A stretch of DNA of 63,613 bases, counting the filler, from Octopus bimaculoides (Eukaryota): assembly GCF_001194135.2 (NCBI RefSeq). It is 6 parts of 6 records of this genome, joined end to end, with 100 filler letters (N's around TTAATTAATTAA, not from the genome) between each part and the next. Parts side by side here need not be neighbours in the genome. Positions count along the whole stretch, not along the records: positions 6,155 to 16,802 come from NC_068983.1; positions 16,903 to 36,454 come from NC_068997.1; 4 more parts are not named here. One strand, 5' to 3'. Within the stretch, counting starts at the first letter, position 1; the number at the start of each line of letters is the position of its first letter. Made by a program: the position numbers and the translations under genes. Below the pieces are notes generated by a model, which was given only the letters and a program-made list of their open reading frames with translations, did not search any database and was not told the DNA's origin. Positions 13,635 through 25,753 of the stretch are shown one piece after another.

Positions 13635-14751
13635 NNNNNNNNNNNNNNNNNNNNNNNNNNNNNNNNNNNNNNNNNNNNNNNNNNNNNNNNNNNNNNNNNN
13701 NNNNNNNNNNNNNNNNNNNNNNNNNNNNNNNNNNNNNNNNNNNNNNNNNNNNNNNNNNNNNNNNNNNNNNNNNNNNNNNNNNNNNNNNNNNNNNNNNNNN
13801 NNNNNNNNNNNNNNNNNNNNNNNNNNNNNNNNNNNNNNNNNNNNNNNNNNNNNNNNNNNNNNNNNNNNNNNNNNNNNNNNNNNNNNNNNNNNNNNNNNNN
13901 NNNNNNNNNNNNNNNNNNNNNNNNNNNNNNNNNNNNNNNNNNNNNNNNNNNNNNNNNNNNNNNNNNNNNNNNNNNNNNNNNNNNNNNNNNNNNNNNNNNN
14001 NNNNNNNNNNNNNNNNNNNNNNNNNNNNNNNNNNNNNNNNNNNNNNNNNNNNNNNNNNNNNNNNNNNNNNNNNNNNNNNNNNNNNNNNNNNNNNATATAT
14101 ATATATATATAATAAAATGTAACAACAAAAGAATGAGACCTCGATATTAGAGAAATAGAGGATTATTTATATATGTTATAATTTAGAACAAACAGTAAAA
14201 GGTTGTCATTATAGTAGTCGGAGTTTCGAATGTCAGAGCGAAGAGCTACGATACATTCTCGTCGGGTATTACTTAACACACACACACACACATACATATA
14301 TATGTATATATATATATATATGCGTGTATGTGTGTGTATATATATGTTTTTCTTACTGTTACAATCAAAACGCAAAGAGCCTGAACAGATATGGTAAAGC
14401 ATCTCACCTGCCCCTCTGTCAGTTCCACCAATCCACTAACCAGAATTAATACATTTTTCTTGAACCCCACCAAAAAGACGAAAGGCAAAGCTGGCATCTG
14501 TAGAATTTGAAGTCAGAGCGCAGACGTCAGAAAGAATAGTGCAAGGCATTTTATCCAACATTCTAACGACTCTTCCAATTCACCCGCCTTTCTTTAATCA
14601 TAAGCCAGCTGTGTCCAGGCTGACCAAGAGCAAAATAAAAATTAAAATTTCAAATAATTACCCTACTCAATGTGGGTGCATTCTTAGAACGCCGAATACT
14701 GCGGTATTCGCCCTGAGAGAACTACTCACACAGATGCATGATGTGAAGAGT

Positions 14752-14865
<114 letters not shown>

Positions 14866-16120
14866 ACACACACACGCAGATAGATATCGTTAGCAGGCAA
14901 GAATCGTCTGGTATAACTGTCGGAACTACCAGATCACGTGATTTCGATGTACTCGCATCCTCAGTAATAGGTGCCTGCTCGCTGCATACCAGCCAAATCT
15001 CACTATCAATAATACATAAAATTACAGTGACTTTTCAGGTTCTCATATCACAAATGACCAGCAGGATTATAAGAAATAATTATTAGCGATGGAAGCAGTA
15101 TTAATACCAGTTGACAAGCTTTACATCCTGCTCAATGTAGAGGTATCGTTAGAACACTTCAAACTCACACTTTGGGCAAATGCCTTCTGTTTCTACTTCT
15201 GCAAAGATAAAATTAGTTTGTAAAACAGTACGGCCAGATTATATTATGACACTACAAGAACAGAATTATCACAAAGAAAAGCATTACAGCATAGAAAATC
15301 AATTTTAGTAAATAAATGTTCAACAACAAATCTATACAAAAACTTCTCAATATGAAAACGTGGTGTTTATTAGAAGGGTGTGTGAAAGAAGATGAGAAAG
15401 AGGAAGTAACAGGCTGACTATAGATAGAAAAAAATGAGAAGAGGACAGGTGAATGATTTCGATTAAGTGATAAATTAAGAGATTAGTTAGTCAGAGGAAA
15501 ATATGCTAGAAGGGATGAATGTATTTTCTTTGTGAGGAATTTAAAAGCAAATATATATTTGCTTTATTTTGTTCTTAAGTTATAATAACTTAATTTTTAT
15601 TACAATTATTATAGCCAAGGTTACTATAAATATTGCTATTAGGTATTCCAGAGTTTGTATGGATTAAACTTGAAGAATGACAAAACTATTTCACCTGTCT
15701 TGCCGACACGCTTGGATGATTATATTGCATCAAGTCTGCCAAAAAAACATTTTGCCGGCCGCATAGTAGGAGATGCCTAGTCTGCTCTTCCTTTTCTTTC
15801 TTTTAATGAATTTTATTTTATTTTCTTTCTCTGCTTAAGTTTGATCGAACTTAGATTTATCTGTCCTGACTAGTTTGATTTTAACTGACTATATAGCCCC
15901 TTCATCTATTCTCTACTTTTAAAATGTTTTTCTTTCACTCTTTTTTTCTACACTTATCTCTTCCCTACTCCCCCCCCTATATTTTTACTGACTTGATCTT
16001 ATACTTTATCTTTCAACCTTTCTCCCTCTTGCTCTGTCCACTTCGCCATTACTAATCCGCCATTTCCTCCATCTATATATTAATGTTGGTAAGTTCTTAA
16101 ATATACTGTTTACTACTATA

Positions 16121-16170
<50 letters not shown>

Positions 16171-16465
16171 AGAATTTGCATTCTGTCACTAATCCTTCCA
16201 ATAATAAAATTCGGCGCTTCGACGCTTCCAGCTTGAATATATTATCGTATCATGTTTATGTGTAGGTAACAATCTCTATTTTTTAATATGTATTATTGCA
16301 TCAGTACGTACACCTGTTTGAGTAAGACATTGTTACATAAATCATCTGCAGGATTTCTGTAAAGGTTATTGAGGACTAAATTCTTCTTCGCCAAATATGT
16401 TTGTTTGTGTAGTACATTTTATAACTGATTAAATGCCATTTATAATTGCTTGTCCAGCTTTTGCA

Positions 16466-16527
<62 letters not shown>

Positions 16528-17224
16528 GTCGGTCTGTCTGTCCGTCTCCCCCTCTCTCTTTCATATATATATGAAGGGTCGTTCTTTATGTTACTTGTCC
16601 TGTTTTCCATTTGTTTCTCTCGTTGTTTGCGTATTGAACTCATTTGTTTTCGTATTTCATGTTGTTTACTGTTGGTGACGTCCTGTACCCATATATGCAT
16701 ATATGTGTGTGTGTGTGTGTGTGTGTGCGTGTGTGTGTGTGTAACTTAGCGGTTCAGCAAAAGCGAACGATAAAATAAGTACTTGGCTTACAAAGAATGG
16801 GGNNNNNNNNNNNNNNNNNNNNNNNNNNNNNNNNNNNNNNNNNNNNTTAATTAATTAANNNNNNNNNNNNNNNNNNNNNNNNNNNNNNNNNNNNNNNNNN
16901 NNTTAACAAGCCCACTTTGCAACCACATGGTTTTCAGTTCAGTCCCTCTGCATGGTACGTTGAGTAAAAAATGTCTTCTGCTTCAGGACAATTCCCCCAA
17001 ACGACAACTACCCCCTCTCCAATATATTACAAAATTTTAAATCATCATCTGTTGTCCTCAGGGGTAATTGTCCATGAGGGGTAAATCTCCTTTATATATA
17101 TATATATTGTATTTCGGGATGGTTATTTTTTTTTTTTTTTTTCCAAATAAACACACACACTAAATAATTTTTCTTCACTCATTTATTACTGTTCTTATTT
17201 TATTATTTCTTTCTATTCCTAAAG

Positions 17225-17466
17225 CTGGAACGTCTCAAAGACCCATTAGTTTGGCTTGATGCTGCTGCTCAAATATTTTACTCTTTCGGTTTGGCTTTCG
17301 GTGGATTAATTGCCTTTGCCAGTTATAACAAACCAACCAATAACTGCCAGACTGATGCCATTGTTGTCTCCATTTGCAACTGGTTGACTGCCATCTACGC
17401 ATGCCTCGTGATCTTCTCAATTCTTGGTTATAAAGCTACACTAATGTTTGAACACTGTCTGTCACT
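17225..17466 (+). CDS. SLC6 (NSS) transporter, B0AT/SLC6A15-20-like; exon encoding TM6-TM7
   Basis: taaag|CTG acceptor and CT|gtaagt donor. Reads [80 protein letters not shown], with the SLC6 motifs W.DAA.QIF.S and ASYN...NNC..DA. Absent from the ORF track because it has no early Met. Confidence 0.96.
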
Positions 17467-17971
17467 GTAAGTACTTATTCTAACTCTGCATTTCCTCATT
17501 GTGCTCAAAATCTAAATAACCATTATGTTCACCATCATCGTCATCACCATTGTCGTCGTCGTCGTCATCATCACCACCATTTACCATCCACTTTTCCATG
17601 TTTGCATGGGTCAGACAGAATTTGTTGAGGCTCATTTTTTTACAGCTGGGTGCCCTTCTTGTCACCAACCCTCACCTGTTTCCAAGGTGACACTCATTTG
17701 CAACCATCACATGAAGTCAAATCAAAGAGATAGTAAACACACACACACACACACACACACAAGCACCAACCCAAACACAGACATGCACATGCACACAGCC
17801 ATAGTTAATAAAATAAAATACCAGCCAAATGAGAGTGGAGTGGAGTGGTGGGGGTCATATATTCAATTGTTCTTTTCCCGCCAAATTTGTAACCTTGTGC
17901 CTTTGTAAGAAATCAGTGTTAATTATTAAAATATCATTTAATTTTTTTTTTTTTTTCTTCTCTAATTTCAG

Positions 17972-18122
17972 TAATGCAATTAAAATCACAAAATATTTTC
18001 CTCACATAAATATGACAGAATACGCTGGTGAAGCAGTGGACTACACAACTCTTGGAATACCCAGTGACAAATTGAAAGATTTGGCTCTCATCAAATGTGA
18101 TTTACAAGAAGATTTGAACAAA
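17972..18122 (+). CDS. SLC6 exon: extended extracellular loop 4
   Basis: ttttcttctctaatttcag| acceptor (phase 2) and AAA|gtaagc donor (phase 0). NAIKITKYFPHINMTEYAGEAVDYTTLGIPSDKLKDLALIKCDLQEDLNK. The long EL4 with an N-M-T sequon and CDL...L motif is typical of the B0AT/SIT branch. Confidence 0.93.
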
Positions 18123-18847
18123 GTAAGCCTGAAGTTTTAAATTTTGCTTGTTTATTGATTTGGTCAGAAGAAAAAGGGGCAGCACTTATCAACTTTTTCT
18201 GGGCCTCCAATACTGGTAGGAGAAAGGGACCTATGAGCTGGCCCAAATGCTTATAATATAGTGGTCCCTGCTTAAAGCTGCAGGTGAAGGCATGTGCCTA
18301 GTGGTTAGGGTGTTTCTCTCAAAATCACTAAATCATGGGTCTGATTCCTGGCACATTGTGTTCTTGATCAAAATACTCCATTCCACATTGGTCTGTTGGT
18401 GGCAGAGTGGCAGAATTACTAGCATGTTGGCAGAGATGCTCTATGGTATATCCTCTGGCTCTCCACATTCTGAGTTCAAATCCCACCTGCCTGGAGAAGG
18501 CAATGGGAAACCACTCCAGTGTTTGTCCTAGGTCAAGTCATGGTAGCCAAGGTTCCAGTAATCTACTTAATGGCAGCAGGAGAGGGTATGAGTCCTCTCA
18601 GATAGTGTAGAGAGCACTGTAGAAGGTCTACATGCACAGGGCTTGCCCAAGAGCAGACCACCACAAGATTAGGTTTAAAGCACCAAAGGGCCAGGGGTTG
18701 TGGTAAGAAGGCTGACAGACCAAGTCTATCGCTGTGTTAAAAATAAAAAGGAACTGGCTACAACCGAGGCAAAGCTAACTCCTCACTCTCACAACTATAC
18801 ATAATCCTATATGATGAAAATTATTTGTAATATTTATCTCTAAATAA

Positions 18848-19085
18848 AGCAGGGAGCTGGCAGAATCATTAGCATGCTGGGAAAAATGCTTGGGTGGCGT
18901 TTCATCTGTCTTTACATTCTGAGTTCAAATTCCACTGTGGTCAACTTTGCTTTTCATCCTTCCAGGGTTGATAAAATAAATACCAGTTGAACACTGGGGA
19001 GTGGGGTGGCGTGGGTCAATGTAATTGATTTGCACTCCCTGCCCCCACCCCACACCAAATTGCTTGCCTTGAGCCAAAATATGAA
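18848..19085 (+). mobile_element. SINE family A in SLC6 intron
   Basis: GGGAGCTGGCAGAATCATTAGCATGC...TTCTGAGTTCAAATTCCACTGTGGTCAACTTTGC. Confidence 0.85.
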
Positions 19086-19179
19086 ATCAATATTCAGCCT
19101 AAATTACTAGTTATAATTTAAGGGTCTTTTCTATTTTAATTGAATATATATATATATATTCTTTTATTTTTTTTATTCT

Positions 19180-19540
19180 TTTACTTGTTTCGGTCATTCG
19201 AATGCAGCCATGCTGGAGCATCACCTTTAGTCGAACAAATCGACCCCAGGACTTATTCTTTGTAAGCCTAGTACTTATTCTATCAGCCTCGTTTGCCAAA
19301 TTGCTAATTTACGAGGACATAAACACATCAACGTCAGCTGTCAAGCAATGGTGGGGGACAAACACAGACACACATGCAAATATATACACACACAAATATA
19401 TATATATATACTACAGGCTTCTTTCAGTTTCTATCTACCAGATTCACTCACAAGGCTTTGGTCAGCCCGAGGCTATAGTAGAAGACGCTTGTCCAAGGTG
19501 CCATGCAGTAGGACTGAACCTGGGACCATGTGGTTGTGAA
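19180..19540 (-). mobile_element. SINE family B in SLC6 intron
   Basis: Reverse complement of the family B body and tail (CAGCCATGCTGGAGCA...CGACCCCAGGACTTATTCTTTGTAAGCCTAGTACTTAT). Confidence 0.85.
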
Positions 19541-20799
19541 AACTTCCAGAGATGTAATAATTGCTGAGAGTTTTATAGTTGTAGGACGAATACAGAGGAG
19601 AGCCTGAAGGCTAAAACCCTGTCACAAAAAATACAAGGGATACATGGCCCCTTGATATTTTGTAATAAGAAGCAAGTTAACATTAATCTTTTCGACTCTA
19701 GGCACAAGGCCTGAAATTTTGGGGGAGGGGGCAAGAATTTGGTATATCACACCATTCTTCTCCAGATATTAGAATCTAAAGTTTTGAGACATGCAAACAT
19801 GTGTACCGTATTTTCTGTCTTATAAGCCAAATATTTCTGATTGAAATTTACTGCCCAAAAAAGGTAGGTTGACTTAGGCACGAAAACAACTTTAAGAGGA
19901 CCCAAAAATTCCATGTGAAATGCAACAGGATTTGCAAAGAGAAATGATGTTTGTTTATGCTACATGTTTATATTATATTTACTATGTTGACTTGTATGCC
20001 AGAAAATATAGTATATTTGTATGTAGGTATATGTATANNNNNNNNNNNNNNNNNNNNNNNNNNNNNNNNNNNNNNNNNNNNNNNNNNNNNNNNNNNNNNN
20101 NNNNNNNNNNNNNNNNNNNNNNNNNNNNNNNNNNNNNNNNNNNNNNNNNNNNNNNNNNNNNNNNNNNNNNNNNNNNNNNNNNNNNNNNNNNNNNNNNNNN
20201 NNNNNNNNNNNNNNNNNNNNNNNNNNNNNNNNNNNNNNNNNNNNNNNNNNNNNNNNNNNNNNNNNNNNNNNNNNNNNNNNNNNNNNNNNNNNNNNNNNNN
20301 NNNNNNNNNNNNNNNNNNNNNNNNNNNNNNNNNNNNNNNNNNNNNNNNNNNNNNNNNNNNNNNNNNNNNNNNNNNNNNNNNNNNNNNNNNNNNNNNNNNN
20401 NNNNNNNNNNNNNNNNNNNNNNNNNNNNNNNNNNNNNNNNNNNNNNNNNNNNNNNNNNNNNNNNNNNNNNNNNNNNNNNNNNNNNNNNNNNNNNNNNNNN
20501 NNNNNNNNNNNNNNNNNNNNNNNNATATATATATATATATATATATAAATATTGGTGTGTGTGTATAAATATCTGTGTATGCGTGCATGTATGTGTATAT
20601 ATATATGTATGTGTATATATATATGTGTAAAGTTTTTTTCTTCTTTTTGCTAATCGTTTTGCTGTCCCGATGCTTGTGCATCAGACAAAAACAGCATCCC
20701 AGACATGTGCAAGTCCATTAATCGTGTGCAGTATTATTTTACTTGCACAAAAAGCCAATGAATCGATTTGTTTTGTGTCCTCTTTTTCTTGTGTTGTAG

Positions 20800-21007
20800 G
20801 CCGCATCAGGAACAGGTTTGGCTTTTATTGTCTTTGCTCAGGCAATTGTTGAATTTGGTCCGTCCTCACCCTTTTGGTCGTTCATCTTCTTCCTCATGCT
20901 TCTTGCACTCGGTCTTGGCACCGAATTTGCTACACTCGAGGGAATCGCTACATCGATCAGAGATTCCTCTCCTTATCAGTGGACAAAGACGAAGTGGAAG
21001 TTGTCTG
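20800..21007 (+). CDS. SLC6 alternative exon A (EL4 end-TM8-IL4), 208 nt
   Basis: cttgtgttgtag|GCC acceptor and TCTG|gtaaat donor, phase 0 to 1. [69 protein letters not shown](G). Confidence 0.93.
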
Positions 21008-21136
21008 GTAAATTTCTCCTCTCATTTTTTTTTCTTTTTTATATCATTGATGAAACAGTTTTTTTTTTTCTTTGGATTGAAGAATATTAAATGCCATCTT
21101 CATTATTTTTTTTTTCCAATTTGTTATTTCTTTCAG

Positions 21137-21344
21137 GCTGCTGAAGGTACAGGATTAGCATTCATTGTGTTTACACAGGCCATTCTTGAGTTTGGCGATT
21201 CTGCTCCATTCTGGTCAATCATCTTCTTTCTAATGCTTCTTGCTCTTGGTCTTGGGACAGAGTTTGCAACGATTGAAGGGGTTGCTACATCCCTGAGAGA
21301 CGTTGCTCCTTTCGAATGGATGAAGAAACGCTGGCTGCTTTCTG
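21137..21344 (+). CDS. SLC6 alternative exon B (EL4 end-TM8-IL4), 208 nt
   Basis: ttatttctttcag|GCT acceptor and TCTG|gtaaat donor, phase 0 to 1. [69 protein letters not shown](G). Confidence 0.93.
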
Positions 21345-21464
21345 GTAAATGCTAACAAGAAACAACAACAACAACAACAAATGATACCTTGTTGTCGTTG
21401 TTGTTGTTGTCCACAATCCCTTAGTAATCAATAGCAGCTAGTCTTTTAGTCTTTTTAGTTGTAA

Positions 21465-21508
<44 letters not shown>

Positions 21509-21960
21509 GTCCTATTTGTGTAATTAGTTTTGTAGCATTATTAGCAGCCTTTTATTTCATTGTCTTTGTTATCTGTCGATTGTCATTTCCTTATTTCCTT
21601 GGCCTAATTACCATTCCATTATTATTACTGCTTGTCTTCTTTCTCTTTGTCACACCCCACTCGTCCACCCATCTACCCTCTACACCAGTATGCACTTATT
21701 AGTGATTTCGTTTGACAAGGAGCAAAGCCAATTCAGGCAGGAGAAAAAAAGAAGAATACACAGTGAGGATTATAGACAATTAAATCAAGCTCGATACTCG
21801 TTTTATTGATCCTGGAGTGGATTGACAATGGCCTCAACTGTTCAGGCTTGGGGTTAAATGAAAAAGTAAACCAAGTGAATTAAGACAAGCTACAGATACG
21901 ATTGCACTATGGATGATATATATCTATATATATACATACATATATATAAATATGTGTGTG

Positions 21961-22010
<50 letters not shown>

Positions 22011-23846
22011 NNNNNNNNNNNNNNNNNNNNNNNNNNNNNNNNNNNNNNNNNNNNNNNNNNNNNNNNNNNNNNNNNNNNNNNNNNNNNNNNNNNNNNNNNN
22101 NNNNNNNNNNNNNNNNNNNNNNNNNNNNNNNNNNNNNNNNNNNNNNNNNNNNNNNNNNNNNNNNNNNNNNNNNNNNNNNNNNNNNNNNNNNNNNNNNNNN
22201 NNNNNNNNNNNNNNNNNNNNNNNNNNNNNNNNNNNNNNNNNNNNNNNNNNNNNNNNNNNNNNNNNNNNNNNNNNNNNNNNNNNNNNNNNNNNNNNNNNNN
22301 NNNNNNNNNNNNNNNNNNNNNNNNNNNNNNNNNNNNNNNNNAGATGTAAGAAGTGTAAGCCTGTGTCCTGTGGTACATGTACTACCAGCATGTATTTAAT
22401 TTTGGCCTGATGGATCTTGAGGTCATACATGTTCTTAAACACTTTGCCACATTCATTGAGATCAATGTATCTCAAATAATGACAATGTTTCACTGGAATC
22501 TGTATCAAACCAATCATCCACTCATTTACTTTGGTTCTTTAATTGCTTCAGTTTGTAAGAAAACACTTCCACTCTTTGGCTTGGAAATCACTGATTCATA
22601 GGTCCCTGAAAGGAAAAAGCACCCAAATATCACATTCCAGGCAAAACAAATGAACCCTTAACATTTATGTAGTGACTGTGATTTATTTCACAACATGATT
22701 TTCTTATTTATAATTCTGTGTGTGTGCATGCATGTGTATGTATTGTAGTCCAAATGCAAGCAATGTGTTCCCTCAATTTCTGGTTTCAAATCCTACCAGG
22801 GTCAATAAAATAAGTAAATAATTAAGTCTCATGTATTAACCCTCCCACAATATTTGTAGCTTTATATCTAAGCTAGAAGTAACAACCATTTTTCCTTGCT
22901 GGAATCCTGTCAGTAAGTTATGGTTCATTTAATTCTATTTATTTCACTGTCCACTTTTTTTGGTGTCTGCTAGTTTGTTTTGCTATTCACTGTCCATTTT
23001 TTTTATTTTTATTTCACATCATTGTACACATTTCAACCTGCAACAGTTTATATAATACTTTTGTAACATATAACATATTGTTACATTCTTATCCTGTGTG
23101 TATGTATTTCTCCTTTGGCAGAGCTATTTGAGACACATACACACAGAGATACATGTGAGCATGCTTGCATACTGCTCTTATTTTTGTCTTTTTATTCATT
23201 AAAAATGAACGGAATATTTCCGTTAATTGTATTTCTATCAAACGAATGTGTCATTTAATAACAGCAACTAAAATTAACAGCAATATTTGCTTTGTGGCAA
23301 AGATATATTTCCTCACTTGATTCTCCAAATCTCATTTGATGGTCATCAGACAACTTAACTATTTCCTACATGTTTCATATAATTTGATAAATTGCTTCAC
23401 ATGTAACATCATTTATATCATTTCATTTATTATATTCATATAATGGAAACCTTCTTAGTTGCTGTTATTATCCAGGGGAGTTTCCTTATACACGAGGGTT
23501 CCTTATACATGTTAAAATACGGTACATATCAGCTGAGCACCAGGGACAATGTAACCAACTTGCCCCTTCCCCCTAAAGTACTGGCCTTGGGCCAAAATTC
23601 GAAACCAATGTGATGCATAATAAAGTCATTTTTTTATTATTATTTTTATCAAAATAAAATAAATAAAAAAATTAGATTGGAAATTTCATTGTGAGTCTGT
23701 AAGATTTGGGATCTTTTGGAAAAAACTGGAATATGTATCTGAGGATAATGAAGCATACCTGTAAACACGTTTATTGTTTATTTAAACCCACAAAAAAGCT
23801 GTTGTCTGGAAATTAATTTGTATTTTTTTTTTTATTTCTTGTTTAG

Positions 23847-24006
23847 GTGTTTTGTGTTTGTTCAGTTTTGTGGTTGGAATCGTTTTCACGCTCAACAGTG
23901 GTGCTTACTGGGTTGAACTTTTCGACTTTTTCTCTGGAACATTTGCACTAATGATTGTGGCCTTGTTAGAAATTCTAGCAGTTTCTTACAAATACGGTAT
24001 CAACAA
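23847..24006 (+). CDS. SLC6 exon TM9-TM10
   Basis: tttcttgtttag|GT acceptor (phase 1) and AA|gtaagt donor (phase 2). (G)VLCLFSFVVGIVFTLNSGAYWVELFDFFSGTFALMIVALLEILAVSYKYGIN matches the SLC6 SG.YW..LFD and E...V...YG motifs. Confidence 0.95.
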
Positions 24007-25590
24007 GTAAGTATGACATGAAAAATTAAAATCAATATTTGTTATTAAAATGTGCCATTTAAAACGAATACATCTAATTACTGGAAGCAATTAAATGAAA
24101 AAGGAAACAAGGGGGGGGTCTCCCTTATCTCGAAACGAGTGGAAGGGAGGCAATTCATGGTGACTAGGTTTTCATTCTTTCTTTAATGGGAAGAACAGAG
24201 AAAGAGAAGTGGTGTTTATCGCTAAAATACACTTGTTATTCTCCCTGTTATCGTTGTTCTTATTTTTAGTAAGAATTGAGATTGAATTATGGACAGTCCA
24301 AACGTCTTTTTCCTGAAATTTCATCAGGTACATGCCTAAAAAAAAAAAAACCGAAGAAATTCTAATTTAGTAAAACATTATATGGTTCTAATTAGTATAA
24401 TAAAATTTAACTACTTAATCCTGCTAGATTAAAAATTATTACAAATACCGTTTTAGATATACTTAAGTGCCATGTTTATAATTTTATTGCTGTTAACAAT
24501 TAAATAATCTAGCTTCTTCACCTAAGAACATCATGAAATTAAGCTTTTAACTGCAAAATTAGATTTTATGGTTATTCTAGTAATTATGTTGAATATCCAC
24601 CAAAAAATAGATTTAGTATTTTTGCAAGCCTAGTTGCCTCAATAAACTTCACATATCTCAACAAAGAAAAAAGTTTCAAGCTTGACATTCCTCGACAAAA
24701 GATAGGTTGGTAACATTAAACTGCTTTCTGCTGTTGAGAGAATTAAATTTTTGGTCAATGTGTCTGGTTTCTGTAGAGACAGCGTTAAATATAGAAACAC
24801 ATTTAGCAAATAGAATTATTTGTTTTCCTGAACACAGTTCATCCCTGTACAAAGCTACTTTAGTAGCAAACACAACAATGGTTGAAACCTTTTCATACCA
24901 AGCACCTCCCAATCAAACCGTCTCTTGTTCTATGACACAAATTTCCTGTTTTAAATTAAAGCCTTCCATCAAAATTTATGTTAATCTATGTTCCAGCCAC
25001 CAGCCTGTTGATAACACAATTATTTAGTTTAAATTCTTTGTTATTTCCAAAATCAATTGAAACAAAGAAATTTGGTTACAAATAGGTTAACATAAATTGT
25101 TAACATTTTTTGCTGGATCAATTACAACACCTTTTTCAGGGAAAAAAAAATGGTGGGGTGGATTGACAAAATCAATAACTTCAAAGGGTGGGAGTGGATT
25201 GTTTATGTGCAAACAGCATTATTATTTGCAACGAATTGTATCTGGTGGTTGTTGCAGATTTATAGGTTTTTGTATGACTGATACATGAAAGAACATTTGC
25301 TGCATAATCATTACCTCTAAATAAGTAATGATTACTTCTAAATAATCATTATTTCTAAATAAGCTGAGAAAGATTCATAAAAATTCCTTAAACACATTGA
25401 TAATTTCAGTTTTGTAGGGTTGTTTAAGGGGTGTGGTAGAATGTAAGAAAAACAAAAACAAATATTTTCCTTGCAAGCGAGAAATAAACTTTGAAATATT
25501 ATGTAGTGTAATATAATTGTGTGTGTGTGTGTGTGAGAATTACTGTCTGATAATGACTTTGATGTTTTTGTCTTTTGTTTCCTTTCACAG

Positions 25591-25753
25591 CTTTTGTAAT
25601 GATGTATATGGAATGATTGGGAAAAGACCAAACATAATTTGGCGAGTTTTGTGGAAGTTTATTGCCCCTGCTCTTATTCTCATTCTTCTGGTGTCCACCA
25701 TTATAATGAAGTTTATCGATCCTGTTACTTATAAAGCTTACAACAAAAACGAG
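25591..25753 (+). CDS. SLC6 exon IL5-TM11
   Basis: cctttcacag|C acceptor (phase 2) and GAG|gtgggt donor (phase 0). FCNDVYGMIGKRPNIIWRVLWKFIAPALILILLVSTIIMKFIDPVTYKAYNKNE carries the F..D...M.G..P...W...W....P motif. Confidence 0.95.

Noticed and set aside
21020-21045. Distal branch point (CTCAT plus U-tract) 17 nt from the exon A donor as a steric exclusion mechanism
   Set aside because: AG dinucleotides at 21057-58 and about 21082 break the AG-exclusion zone to the exon B acceptor, so it is not supportable without lariat data.
20800-21344. Exons A and B as a haplotype or assembly duplicate, or one as a pseudo-exon
   Set aside because: Sequence between them is contiguous, divergence is far beyond allelic and mostly synonymous, flanking introns are not duplicated, and both keep frame and splice sites.
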